Positions 26,661-40,346 of a stretch of DNA of 64,000 bases are shown here, piece after piece (within the stretch, counting starts at the first letter, position 1; each line of letters opens with the position of its first letter). The DNA is taken from assembly GCF_009914755.1 (NCBI RefSeq), contig NC_060942.1; one strand, given 5' to 3'. A program made the position numbers and the translations under genes. Under the pieces are notes generated by a model that saw only the letters and a program-made list of their open reading frames with translations, did no database searches and was not told the origin of the DNA. Origin of the DNA: the human T2T-CHM13v2.0 reference genome, Homo sapiens.

Positions 26661-27639
26661 TCTTATTAGTCAAATGGATTAGATGATGGTTTAGTTTTCC
26701 TTTAGCTATTTGGCACTCATTCAGAGCAGCTGAATGTCTCTAAAATATAAGCTTTTGGAGAAGAAAACAAAAGATTAGCAATGCTGATATTGAAGTAAGA
26801 TGAGAACTGACATTTGAGCGATGGATTTGGCAACATGGAGGTCATTTGTGGCCTTCACAGGAGCAGTTTTGGTGGAATGATGAGATGAAAGCCCAGATAA
26901 AGTGGGCCCAGAGAGAGAATGAGCCAGACCCCACAGCGTTAAGAGTCAGAGAATGCTCCAGCCAGCTGTCACCTGGGCTTCAAGTAGTGCTGCTTGTCTT
27001 CTCTGGCCAGCCTGCTCCCTGTCTCTCTATGGGGTGCAGACCTAGACCCTGTGAGTGGACAGAGGAAGCATCACTGTGCTTTCTATCTACAATTTCTTCC
27101 TTCTTCCTTCCTTCCTTTGGTACCTTCTCTCCCACTGGGTACCTATTCAGAAAACTTCTCCTAGAAAGTTTCCTTCTATTCAACACAAACCCATTCATGC
27201 AGATAGATGCCTAGAGATAAATTTACCAGTTATGCCTAGATATGCACCACCTTTACAGAAATCAGTCCTCAATTTATATTAGTAGAGCTGACTCATGGCT
27301 TTTCACTTGGCAGTATCCCAGCTGGGGTTAAATCATCTAGTGATTATAGACTGGTGTCCTACTCAGGCTTTACTTTCACCTTCCCAACTTTTTCTCATAG
27401 CAAATAGTTATTTGTTTAGGTTTCCATCCCACATCCGTCAGGATCCCTTTCAGAAAGGAGATACATATTTGTTCTTTGAAAGGTTAAGAGAGAAAAAAGG
27501 CAACACTCAGGTAACCAGAGATCACTAATGGCTAAAAACAGCTACCACACTTAAGTTTGCAGGGACAAAGGGAAAAAGTGAGGTTATCAGAACCTAAGAA
27601 GTCAAGGGACAGCTCAAATAAGACTCAAAAGACATTAAA

Positions 27640-28100
27640 ATGTAAGTTTCTGCTGAAGCTCCATGAAGGCAAACATCTTGTTTTGTTTTCTAATAAAATC
27701 CAAGTGCCTGCCACATAGTAAGTCTCAGTAAATATTAGATGAAAGAACAAATAGAAAAGAGAGTTTTGTTGGGGCATTCTGGAAAAAAAGTCTACTCACG
27801 CTTCTGAGAGAGGCATCAGAGGAAAAGATCGTGTCTTTCTTCCAGCTGCTGTGGCGTGTCAGTCTAGAATGGCTGCCACCATTTTGTCATAATGAAAACA
27901 AAACAAAACAAAAACAACTTGGATTCATTGACCTGTAAAAAGTAGAGTGGAGAGATGGAAAGAAGCCGGATCTTTTCTTAATGACATTTTTGGGTTGCTC
28001 AATCAAACAGCCCCTGAAACTTATCTTCCCACTTGACATTCCAATTCTAAGAGACAACAAAGCCCTCTGGTTATTTAAAAGAATATCCTGACTGATACAA
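27640..28100 (+). mobile_element. L2 3' end followed by an old MLT1 LTR fragment
   Basis: 'agctccatgaaggca...gtgcctgccacatagtaagtctcagtaaatatt', then 'ggctgccaccatttt...atcctgactgataca'. Confidence 0.5.
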
Positions 28101-28709
28101 TGGCCTAACTTCCATTTCTCTGGTGGCTGGTTTGGTTTCCACTTAGCTGTGAGGGCGAGGCATTACTTTGGGAATGAGCCTAGTGATGATTTTAACCTTG
28201 GTTGATCCATTATATGCAAACCTGAGTCAGACCTACAGTTTGAACAGGAATGGGAGTTTCTCTTCAGGGGGCTGTATCTGATTGGTTGAAATCACTTAAC
28301 CCAACTGTCCCGTAAAGAAATAAAGCACCTGGCACAATGTTCATTGCACACCAATTTCCCTTTCCTCCTATTTGGGGCTTTGGGTGCAGAGTGATCTCTG
28401 GAAGTTGGAACTGGGATCAATTTCCAGGAAAATTTAGGCCATGAATTTCTTTCTCTTTTAAAATCTGGGCTGCTTTTCATATATATATTTGCTACTAAGG
28501 CAGCATTATTCTTGAATTTTTCAGTATTTTCATTTAGAGGGCCATCATTGAAGGCATGAGGACATTTCAGTTAGTACAGACTTGGAATTTATTTGTTTGA
28601 TTTATTAAAAATATACCCTAGCCTGAGGGTCTCAAGGTGTACATATAAAATACTTCAATTAAATTCAAACCAGCAGCTAAAATTTCCTGTTAAGAAATTG
28701 AAATATCTT

Positions 28710-28712
28710 AAA

Positions 28713-28748
<36 letters not shown>

Positions 28749-28800
28749 AGGAAAAAGAAAGAAACCCAAACACACACACACAAAAACCCAAACCAAAACC
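28710..28800. repeat. (GAAA)n plus (CA)n compound microsatellite
   Basis: 'aagaaagaaagaaagaaagaaagaaaga...acacacacacaca'. Confidence 0.9.
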
Positions 28801-29201
28801 CCACCCAATATGGAATGCAGCAAAAGTACAAGGACAGGCCTGGTGCCATTGCTTCAAGGTCAACTGGCTGACGGGCTGTTGACCCAGGAACGGGAGACAG
28901 TTGCCAAACAGGACTGGCCTTGTGTTAGCTGAATGTTTGCTCCATGAACTTGTAATTTAAAGGGCACTGGCTACCCCACTCTCCAAAATAACAACAAACA
29001 AAAGACCTTCATTTTATTTTGACACGGTACTTGAAACCTTTCCAAATAGAGTCCTTTGAGGTTGAAAAAAAAAAAAAAACTTAGAAAATTATACAACCTG
29101 GATCAATTAAGGAGGGAGGTCATTAGTGATTAATATTTTAATTATAAATTAATAATTTTCTCCAAATACTCTCTTGAGACCGAACTTGTGAGTGAATGGA
29201 C

Positions 29202-29470
29202 TTTTTTTTTTTTTTGGAGACAGGATCTTGCTTTGTCTCTGCTCACTGCAACCTCCACCTCCTGGGTTCAAGCAATTCTTCTGCCTCAGCTTCCCAAGTA
29301 GCTGGGACTACAGGTGCATGTCACCATACCTGGCTAATTTTTGTATTTTTTTAGTAGAGATGGAGTTTCACCATATTGACCAGGCTGGTCTCGAACTCCT
29401 GACCTCGTGATCTGCCCACCTCAGCCTCCCAAAGCACTGGGATTACAGGTGTGAGCCACTGTGCCTGGCC
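29202..29470 (-). mobile_element. AluS with a deletion in the right arm
   Basis: Reverse Alu lacking 'gcccaggctggagtgcagtggcgcgatc' near 29238. Confidence 0.9.
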
Positions 29471-29876
29471 TGGACATTTTATTGAAGGAAGAGAGAAGGA
29501 AATTTGGGATTCTGGGTAATGACAGGACAAGGCCTGGATGGGGCAGTTGGGTGAGTTGGGTGGGTATTCTGTGGCATGAGAACATCTGCACTGAGGTACT
29601 TCGAAGGCAGCAGGGCAGTGCCAAGTATGGGAGAAAATTCCCCAAATCTCTACATTGCATTCACTTGTCAGTTTTGTCTATCACGGAGTTAAAAGCCCTC
29701 CCAAAGAAACTCTGTTGGATCTTTGGAGGTTTAGCTTGAGGACAATGATATGAAAGCTGTAGCTTATTTTTATTGTTATGATATTTTGGAAGATGAGAAC
29801 TAATCTCTAATAATCCTTAATATTTGGAGTAGAACAGGATTCAGAAGCAAAGTGAGATTGGCCCATGCATGCAGTA

Positions 29877-30034
29877 CAGCCGTCGTTCTCAAGCCAGAAT
29901 CACCTGGAGGGCTTGCTCACACAGTTTCTGAATTTAGAAGGTCTGGGCAGGGACCTGAAGTATAGGGCATTTCTAACAAGCCCCCTGCTGATGCTGATGC
30001 TGCCGGCCCAGCGATGACACATTGAGAGCCACTG
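29877..30034. mobile_element. MER5A-like MITE
   Basis: 'cagaatcacctggagggcttg...gcatttctaacaagccccc...ttgagagccactg'. Confidence 0.8.
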
Positions 30035-30152
30035 CAGTAGAGAAAATGACTTGGAGATTAGCTTCAAGCAAAGAATATTGCCAAGAATGACAAAGGCGAG
30101 GTTTAATTTTCCAAAAAAGATTAGAAACTTACACTGAAATGACATGCATCTG

Positions 30153-30620
30153 TATATTAGTTTATTAGGGCTTCCATGACAGGTATCAAAACGTGGGTGG
30201 CTTAAAACAGCAGAAATTTATTGTCTCCCCATTCTGGAGGCTGGAAGTCCAAAACCAAGGGTGTTGGCAAGGCCATGTCCTCTCTGATTGCTCTACCGGA
30301 GGACTCTTCCTTGCCTCTTCCAGCTTCTGGTGTTTTCTGGCAATCCTTGGTGTTCCTTGGCTTGCAGACGCATCGCTCCAGTCACATGGCCACCTTCTTC
30401 CTGTGTGTCTTCCTGTTGTCTTCCTTCTGTGTGTATGTGTCCAAAATTCTCCTTTTTTTATAAGCACACCAGTTATATTGGCTAGGGCCACTCTGATGGC
30501 CTCATTTTAACTTGATCACCTCCATAAAGATGCTATTTTCCAATAAGGCCACATTCTGAGGTACTGGGGGTTAGGACTTCAGCGTATCTTTTTGGGGGGA
30601 ATACAATTCAAACCACAACA
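30153..30620 (-). mobile_element. MLT1 (B/C-like) solo LTR
   Basis: 'tggcttaaaacagcagaaatttattgtctc...ttctggaggctggaagtccaa...tacaattcaaaccacaaca', with TSD-like atctg / atgtg. Confidence 0.88.
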
Positions 30621-30899
30621 ATGTGTTTAACCATGACCATTTCCCAGTGTCAAAATAATGCATGGGTTCTATATGCATTTGGTACTATGCAAAGTAAATT
30701 AATTAGACACAGAAATGTAACACCTGAGGCAGGCTTTGTTGATGGTAGGAGATATGGTAGAAAAACATACACGATTTAAGGAATGCAGCCAGACTGCCAG
30801 ACTTTGAGTTCTTCCTCTGTTCTGTCTGAAATGGTTAATTGCTATGTTATATATGATACCATAACATTTTGCACATACCTTTATTGTAAAAGTGATTAC

Positions 30900-31020
30900 A
30901 TTCTGTTAGAGCTGGTTATTTGCATTAATCTTGCTAGACTGTGAGCTGCTTGAAGGTAGGGGCTTGTTTAAATCATATTTATATTCACAGGGCCCAGCAC
31001 ATAGTAGGTGCTCAAATCGG
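30900..31020 (+). mobile_element. L2 3' end
   Basis: 'ctagactgtgagctgcttgaaggtagggg...cccagcacatagtaggtgctcaa'. Confidence 0.7.
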
Positions 31021-33364
31021 TGAAGGAAGAAATTGACTAATAAGTCAAGAACAGCCTGGGATTTTGGCACGTGTTTTCCGGTGTCTCTGCTGGCCCCTCA
31101 GGTCGAGGAAAGTGAGAATGTACAAGTGGAGAGACCTATTGGTGCTGCCAGAAGCCACCCTCCACAGATGCTAAACTTCTTTGAAGTCTCATTTTCATTT
31201 TAAAAAGTAATGTAGATTTTGCATTCTACTCCATAACACATCCGTGTTTGTTTTAATACAAAAATTATGTTTCAGATGACTTAGACAAATTACTTAATTC
31301 CTTTCCCTTCATTCCACCCATCTTCAATTTGAGAAAAATGGTCACCCCGGGAGATAAACCATGTTTATCTGATGAATGTGTATACCACCTGGCACTCTGG
31401 TTGACACCCACTAAAAAGCCAAAGACTAGGGAGACACAGTGGGATGGGGGTGAGATGGGTGTATGACAGAGAACAAGGAAGCAGGCACTGGGCAGCGAAA
31501 GCTCTCAGGTGGCTGATGAAGCTGCCAAAGAGGACAGGAAGGGCTCAGGCACTGTTTACCTTGGAGAGGGCTGGGTGAGCCTATGAGCTGGTGTCGTGGG
31601 GTCAGTGTGACTTCAGCATAACTGGTAGAGCACTGTGTATCTTCTCCGTTTTCTTATGGGGGGAGGGGAAGTAGGGTTAGAAAATAAAGGAAGGGAGAAA
31701 ACAAAGGAATAAAGACCATGTAGGAGGGCCCTTGGGAGACTTTGAAGCATAGGGTATTTTGGTTGTAGAGTCTTCGGAGACTGTCAGGGCTGAATTTCTT
31801 AGAGCTTAAGTCTTGCTGCCTAGGGCAATGGAAAATGGCTGTAGAGTCCCAGAAATGTGTGGGTAGTTGAAAACAATGAGGAAAAGACAGCCTTTGGCAG
31901 TGATATGGAGAATCTACTGGAGAAGAAAGTTGTAATGATCCAGATACAGGAGTAACCAGGGAGAAGCTCTACAGCTGCAGATCCAGGGAACATCAGAGGG
32001 ACAGGGCAACTCCTAAGTCCTTTTACTGCAGGACTTGTCTCTCCCAGCACAAGCTCTAAGCATTTCTCTTCACTCATTAACATCGCCTGGCTTACGATGT
32101 CTACTTCCAAAAGGAATGTGCTTCTCTTTATTCAGGAGACATTTACATGCTGTAATTCACTTAAGATTTTTGGCTCTAACTGCTTTGTTCCTGCAAATCA
32201 AGGAATAGCATTAACACATCAGCTTATCATCAGATAGCTTGGGATGACCCCTTCAGAAAGAAAAAGAAAATTTTAAATCATTGTTTCCAGAAAGGGCAAT
32301 TAGAACACCATATATTTTTTCCTCTGAAAATCTGGCACAAGGAATTTGATGTTACCTAATATTCTCGATGGCTTTTCAGAAGGTAACATTTTACCCACGT
32401 AAGGCATCCATGCAAACTGCCTAGGTCACAATTGAAAAGAAATCAATGTAGTCCAGAAAGAAACCACAATATGAGGAAGAATGAGCATTAAACTGAAATT
32501 TGGAACCCATCATGTGACGTCTGCTGGCAGATGTGGCTCACGCTGTTCGATGTGATTCTGACACTCTCCGTGGTAGGGCTGGTTAGAACTTAAAGTATTT
32601 TATGGGTCATGAGACATTTTGGCTCTGTCTGCAAAGCTGCCCTAAGGAATTGTGTTTTTATGCCTTAACTGTTCTTTCCAAAGCTCACTTTTCACTAAGA
32701 GTGGGCAACCAGAGAGGTCTTTGTCCAAATACATTACATAATCCCTCCAGGAAATGCCGTGACAGTGTATAGTTGATGAAATGGAAGCCCTGGTACAGTG
32801 ACCTTTCTCCCAGATATCCTAGGACATACTTTATGCTTCACTAGGCAAACATCCCTTCTTCCAAACTGGATTCAGTTCTAAAGATTTCTTTCCTTGCTGG
32901 GGGCCAGGAGACACAATAGGGTGCAAAAGTGTGAAGATTTTTTTCTTTTAATAAAATTATCTAATATTTCTACAAACTGGAAGTGCACACGTATTGCATG
33001 GTTAAATAGAGTTGTGCCAAAAAATAATAACCTAGTCCTTGCCCCGAGGAGGTAACGGTATGAATGATGCAATTCAAGGAGAAAGGAAAAGGCAGCTTAT
33101 ATTGTCAGTATCTTCCCATCATGTTGCTGTATTTTGATTGTTGTTTTTTGTTGGTATACTATAAGAAGGATAGGTAGGGCTGTTCTCTGAAAATTACTTT
33201 TATTTTATTTTATTTTCCCTGGATGTTCACTGTGTTATACTTGTTAACCTACTTCTTTTTTGTGAGAGGCATATAAAATGCACGATCTGATTCATGCAAC
33301 ATTTATTTAAGCATGTTAACTTTGTGTGTATTTACTTATGAAGCCTCAGGGCTGATGAGCAACA

Positions 33365-33410
33365 CGGGGGCGGGGCGGGGCGGGGCACGGTGCGGGGGGG
33401 GCGGGGGGGC
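33365..33410. repeat. G-rich (CGGGG)n tract, predicted G-quadruplex / tandem GC boxes
   Basis: 'cgggggcggggcggggcggggcacggtgcggggggggcgggggggc'. Confidence 0.85.
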
Positions 33411-33957
33411 AACTTCTTGCTTCTGGGGACTGTTACTTTAAGAGTAATTATCCTGCCAGTAATGATGACAATGACTGTAACATGAATGCTTACTTTGAAA
33501 TGGCAATGGAATCTGTGTGTCCTTGAAATTTTTAATTCCTGTAAGAGTCATCCAAAATAGATAAAATTAAGAGCCTGGTTGTAGTTGTTTATCTGTGGCT
33601 AATTAGTGAACTATATTCTCTCCTAAGCAGAAAAAAAGACAAGCTGTCTCTAGGATACTAAAAGGTCAGAAAGTTCTAAGCCAATTTTCCTCATACTTGG
33701 GCAATGCACCTGCTCTTTTAGAGGATAAAAATGATTGCAGCTCTACAATATTGACAAATTATTTTGTTACAATATGACTCAAATTTATATAGATGATTCA
33801 TGTGCAATGAAAAATAAGGGATATTTTAACAAATAATTGAGTGCAGGATTGCTTATATGCTCATTAGATAAAAACTGCTTGACTATGCTCTTGAAATCTT
33901 TTGTATGTTTTTATTACTTTTTGTTGGCTTGATCTACCAACTATGCAGAGAGGTACA

Positions 33958-34422
33958 TGTATTAGTTTTTTGGGGCTCCTGTAAAAATTCCCACAAATTT
34001 GGTGGTTTAAAACAACAGAAATTTATTCTCTAACAGTTCTGTACGACAAGAGTCTGGAATCAAGGTGATGGCAGGGCTACGCTCCCTCTGAACAAGATTC
34101 TCTAGGGGAGATTTTTTTCTTCCCTCTTCCAATTTCTGGTGGTTCCAGGCGTTCCTTGGCTCATAACTCCAGTCATTTCCTTCATCTTCATACGGCTTCT
34201 CCTCTGTGTCTGTGCCTTGTCTTCTGTCTCTTATAAAAACACTTGTCATTAGATTTAGGGCCCACCCAAACAATCTAGGATAATACCATCTGGAGATCCT
34301 TAATTGAATCATGTCTGCAAAGGCTCTTTTTCCAAATAAGAAAAAACAACAACAACAACAAAAAACCACTTAGAGGATTTAGACATATCTTTTGAGGAGC
34401 GGTAACTATTCAACCCACCACA
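33958..34422 (-). mobile_element. MLT1 (C/D-like) solo LTR
   Basis: Begins 'tgtattagttt...ggtggtttaaaacaacagaaatttattctc' and ends 'ctattcaacccaccaca'. Confidence 0.88.
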
Positions 34423-34624
34423 ATGTATTCTAACTTTCTACTATGCCTGGTAGTGTGCCTCATACCTTGGCCAATTTTTATTTTATATACTTTGGGAGAC
34501 ATGTTATTAGGCACCTGTAGGTTCAGGATTTTTTTCCCCTGATTAATTTCTCATTATGTGATGACCTCCTTTATTCCTCCCAAATATTTTTTTGTTTGTT
34601 TTATTGCTTTAAGATCTAGTTGTC

Positions 34625-34775
34625 AAGGAGGGAGAGGATCAGGAAAAATAACTAATGGGTACTAGGATTAATACCTGGGTGATGAAATAATCTAGACAAC
34701 AAACCCCCATGACACAAGTTTACCTATGTAATGTACCTGCACATGTACCCTTGAACTTAAAGTAAAAGTTAAATA
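34625..34775 (+). mobile_element. Short L1PA13-16-like 3' end
   Basis: 'gagaggatcaggaaaaataactaatgggtactagg...aacaaacccccatgacacaagtttacctatgtaa...gaacttaaa'. Confidence 0.85.
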
Positions 34776-34887
34776 ATGTCTGATATGAATATAGTTTTTC
34801 CAGCTTTCTCTGGGTTGCTATTGTGTGTAGTATTTTCTATCATTTTATTTTGAAATTTTGTAATTGATTGTCTTTAGAGGTGTATTT

Positions 34888-34922
34888 TACACTTGGTCTT
34901 AGCCAAAAGGCTGAGAAGCAAT
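34888..34922 (-). pseudogene. 3'-truncated U2 snRNA retropseudogene (nt 1-35)
   Basis: Reverse complement attgcttctcagccttttggctaagaccaagtgta matches the U2 5' end ATCGCTTCTCGGCCTTTTGGCTAAGATCAAGTGTA at 32/35. Flanked by tagaggtgtatt / tagagttgtttt. Confidence 0.92.
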
Positions 34923-35311
34923 TAGAGTTGTTTTCTGAAAACAGCTTGTAGTTGGACTAAAATCTTTTAATAACTTATTCAAAAGTAGAGAATACAGTAT
35001 AGTGAACCCACATATACCCATTACCCAGATTAATCAATTACCAGGACTTAACGACATTTACTTCTCTTAGCCCTTTAAAAATATTCCTTTTCTTTTTGTT
35101 TTGTTTCCCTTGCAGAACTATTTTAAAGCATGTCCCAAACATGATATTTTACCCTATGCAGTTTGTACTTATCTCTAAATAATACGTTTTCTTTCTTGTA
35201 TAACAAAATACCATTATCACGTCCAGCAAAATAAGAATCCTTTGGTATCATGTAATAATACCCAACATATAATTTAATTCCTCCAATTTTCTTGTGCTTT
35301 CTTATGGTTGG

Positions 35312-35312
<1 letters not shown>

Positions 35313-35342
<30 letters not shown>

Positions 35343-35636
35343 CTTTTTTGAGATGGAGTCTGGCTCTTTCTCCCAGTCTGGAGTGCAATGGCATCATCTC
35401 GGCTCACTGCAACCTCTGCCTCCTGGATTCAAGTGATTCTCCTGCTTCAGCCTTCTGAGTATCTGGGACTACAGGCATGCACCACCATGCCTGACTAATT
35501 TTTGTATTTTTAGTAGAGACGGGGTTTCACTGTGTTAGCCAGGCTGGTCTTGAACTCCTGACCTCAGGTGATCTGCCTGCCTCAACCTCTCAAAATTCTG
35601 GGATTACAGGCGTTAGCCACCACCTGTGCCCGGCCC
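35313..35636 (-). mobile_element. AluS element
   Basis: Long poly-T, reverse dimer, TSD ttatggttggt. Confidence 0.95.
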
Positions 35637-36091
35637 TATTATGGTTGGTAATTTAAATCAAGAGCTAAACAAGGTCAATGTATTTAATTTGTTATACTTC
35701 TTCAATCTCTTTTAGTATAGAGCAGTTCCCCCTTTTTTTTCTTTCATGCTATTGACTTGTTTCAGAAGCAAGTTAGTTTCTTGTAGGTCACTCCATATTT
35801 TGCATTTCGGAAGTCTGTGTTTTCCTTTGTGACATTATGTGTCCTGTTCTGTAGCCCCTATATTTCCTTTAAATGGAAATAATCCAGTCTGAGAGTTTTG
35901 TCTCTTAACTGAGGATTTTGATCCATTTAGATTGGTTGAGATTACTGATATTTAAAATTCATTCCTACCATCTCATTTTTGCTTTCTAATTGCCTGCTTT
36001 TTCTTTGGTTCTTCTTAACATCTTTTCTACTTAAAAAAAAAAGTATTTCCTTTATCCTCTTTTAAACATTTGATTTCTATTCTTTTAGTGA

Positions 36092-36401
<310 letters not shown>

Positions 36402-36596
36402 CAATTTTTTAAATGATCATTTGACCAGATCAAATCTACAGTAGTCAGTATCTTTACTATTTTCTTTAAAAATGCAAAGCTCTTAGAATGCTTTAAAATC
36501 ACTCCTTATTAAGTTCTTTCCCTGTATTTTTTAACAGTCAGTGCTGTTTAAATTTCTATACATGTTTGTTCATTACTTTGCTCATCATTTCTTTTA

Positions 36597-36910
36597 TTTT
36601 GAAATTTTATTATTATAACTATTTTTTGGGGTAGGGAATTGCTCTGCCACCCAGGCTGGAGTGCAGTGGTGGAATCCTAGCTCGCTGCAGCCTCAAACTC
36701 CTGGGCTGAAGCAATCCTCCTGTCTCAGCCTCCTGAGTAGCAGGGATTACAGACATGCGCCACCAGTCTGGCTAATTGTTTTTCATTTTTTGTAGAGACA
36801 GGGCCTTGCTGTGTTGCCTGGGGTGGTGTCAAATTCCTGGCCTCAAGTGATCCCCACATCTTGGCTTCCCAAAGTGCTGGGATTACAGGCCTGAGCCACC
36901 GCACCCAGCC
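36597..36910 (-). mobile_element. AluJ element
   Basis: Reverse dimer with 15-bp TSD tcatcatttctttta (36582-36596 / 36911-36925). Confidence 0.93.
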
Positions 36911-37019
36911 TCATCATTTCTTTTAAACTTAATTATGTGGGGGCGGGGGAGGTTGGAGTCCTTCTTAAAGCAGAAATTTTTTCATTGAGGGTTTGTGAAT
37001 AAATCCTTTTAATCCTTTT

Positions 37020-37110
37020 AATATTTTATGATATATAATAGACAAATATTATATATATTAAATTATATATGTTAAATTATATATTAAATTATGTTTTTAT
37101 ATATATATAT
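37020..37110. repeat. AT-rich low complexity / (TA)n
   Basis: 'ttaaattatatat' units and a (TA)n run. Confidence 0.8.
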
Positions 37111-38204
37111 TTCAATACCCTCACTACTGAATGGTAGTTTAGGTGGGTAAAGAATTTTAGAATTTTTAGTACTTTGAAGAAATTATTCCATTATCTTCTG
37201 GCCTCTACTTTTGTTACTGAGAAGTCAATTGCTAGTCTGAATGTTTTTCTTTTTAGGCTCACCTGTTCTTTTATTTTAGTTACTTTTATGATTTTCCCTT
37301 TCTGTTTCACAATGGTATATTATATGAAAGAGCATTTTTACTTTAGTTAGTCTGGTTAAGATTCAAATTTTTTCATTTGAGAAGTCATCCCTTCAATCAC
37401 TTTTGAGAAATACTCAGCCATTATCATTTCAAATCTTGCCTCTCCTTGACACTGTATTCTTTTCTTCTAAATTCCTATCAGATTGTTAAACATTTTTATT
37501 CTCTTCTAAATGTCTTAATTTTTCATAATTATCTTTTAAAATATCTATAATTTTGGGATCTATTCTGGTTAACTTTTTCATATATACTCATTAATTTTTT
37601 TTTCAATTAGATCTAGTTGGTTCTTTAACTCATCCATTGAGTTTTTAATTTTGGTATATTTTTCCTTAGTACTTCTATTTAATTATTTTTCAAATCTATT
37701 TTTGTCATTTATATTCTTTTGTTTATTTTATGCTTTTTAATGTCTTTAATCAGCTTAAATATACTTTTCATATTAGCTCTGAGATTATTATTTTATTAGT
37801 TCTAGTTCTAGGTGACTCAATCCTTCTGTTGTGTCTGCTGACTCTCTCTTGTAATTTCTTATTATGGGCTCATTTTATACAGGACTTGCACATTTTAAAG
37901 TGAGAATTCTGTGTGACAAAGATGCAGTAACATCCTTCGAAAAGGGATTTGCATGTCTTCTGCAAGGTGCCCCAAAGTTATGAGCAAGTATGTGATATTT
38001 TAATGGCTTGGGATTTCCCAGTCCTTGTGAATAGCAGCATTCAGACTTCAAACCCATCAGAGACCCAGGCCAAGTCTTTTGCTTTCTCTTAATGTGTTTT
38101 CCCCTACACACAGCCAAGGCAGAGATATTCTTTATTGGGTTCCAGACAGCCCGCAAAGTTTTTCTGGTTTTACTTGGCCAGAATTGCAGCCCTTCAAGAC
38201 GTGA

Positions 38205-38501
38205 TTTTTTTTTTTTTTTTTTTTTTTTTTTGAGACAGAGTCTTGCTCTGTCACCGAGGCTGGGAGTACAGTGGCTTGATCTCGGCTCACTGCCACCTCT
38301 GCCTCCCGGGTTCAAGCAGTTCTCTCTGCCTCAGCCTCCTGAGTAGCTGAGATTACATGTGCCTGCCACTACGCTTGGCTAATTTTTGTGTTTTAGTGGA
38401 GACAGGGTTTTGCCATGTTGGCCAGGCTGGTCTTGAACTCTTGACCTCAGGTGATCTGCCCGCTTTGGCCTCCCAAAGTGCGTGAGCCACTGCGCCTGGC
38501 C
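38205..38501 (-). mobile_element. AluS element
   Basis: Reverse dimer missing 'tgggattacaggc' near its 5' end. TSD caagacgtga / caagatatga. Confidence 0.93.
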
Positions 38502-38787
38502 CAAGATATGACTTTATGTATGAGTTACACTTCCAACTTTCTACATTGTATAACTCTCTATTCATTATAAAACTTAAGCCTTTAGCCTTCACTGCCTTCA
38601 ATTAGCCTCCTTCCCCTTTCCTGCCCCATGCTTATTCATCAGCATGCATGATTGCCAAAATCAAGATTCAGTTTCATTTTTATTTCTAGTATCAACAGGC
38701 CTCTCTCTCCCTCTTTTTCTTCTTTCAGAGCTCAACTATTACATTTTCATGCAGCATTTCTAGGTGTCTGCAGGTAAAGGATTTCTG

Positions 38788-38789
<2 letters not shown>

Positions 38790-38830
<41 letters not shown>

Positions 38831-38934
38831 TTTTTAAGAGATGGGGTCTTGTTTTGTTGCCCAGGCTCAACAGATTCTCCTGCCTCAGACTATTGAGTAT
38901 CTTGGACCACAGGAATGTGCCACTGTGCCAGGCT
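38790..38934 (-). mobile_element. Deleted Alu monomer whose tail carries a (GT)n microsatellite
   Basis: (GT)n at 38790-38825, then 'agagatggggtcttgttttgttgcccaggct...ctcctgcctcag'. ggattt flanks both ends. Confidence 0.75.
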
Positions 38935-39475
38935 GGATTTGAGTTTAAATCTACTATTTTCTAGGCTTATTGAAATATCAAGATCTTAGAAAAAAAAAAA
39001 ACCCATGTGAATGAATCTTTGTGTGTGTGTTTATATGCATGTCCCTCTCCTTTCTTTAACTATTGGGCAATCCAGCACAGGGCATGCTGTGTGGTGTTAA
39101 AATTCTCTCATCATATCATTTTTAGATACAATTTTAATGTGATTTCTTGCAAACTTGATCATCGACATAAATGCAATGGGAGATGTTAACATTATATGAA
39201 AGTACTCTGGTTCTATGTAGTTATCCAGGTGATACCAGGTATGCTTATGTTAATCTTTAAAAGAGTATCAGAATGGAAGCATGAAATGAAAAATAATTCT
39301 TGGAGAGACCTTTGGATTCCAGAATATTTGTCTCGTTGACAGACATTAGTTTTAGAAAAACTGCTTCTTGGCTTAACTGGCCAGTTTTAGGAAATATTCT
39401 CTTCTCCAGGTTCAACTTGGATACCAGTTCTTCTGGGAAGCCTTCTGTAATTTAAAGGCTTAAAAGCATACCTAT

Positions 39476-40346
<871 letters not shown>

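Noticed and set aside
28858-28884. Small hairpin ggtcaac...gttgacc
   Set aside because: A 7-bp stem is expected by chance in 64 kb.
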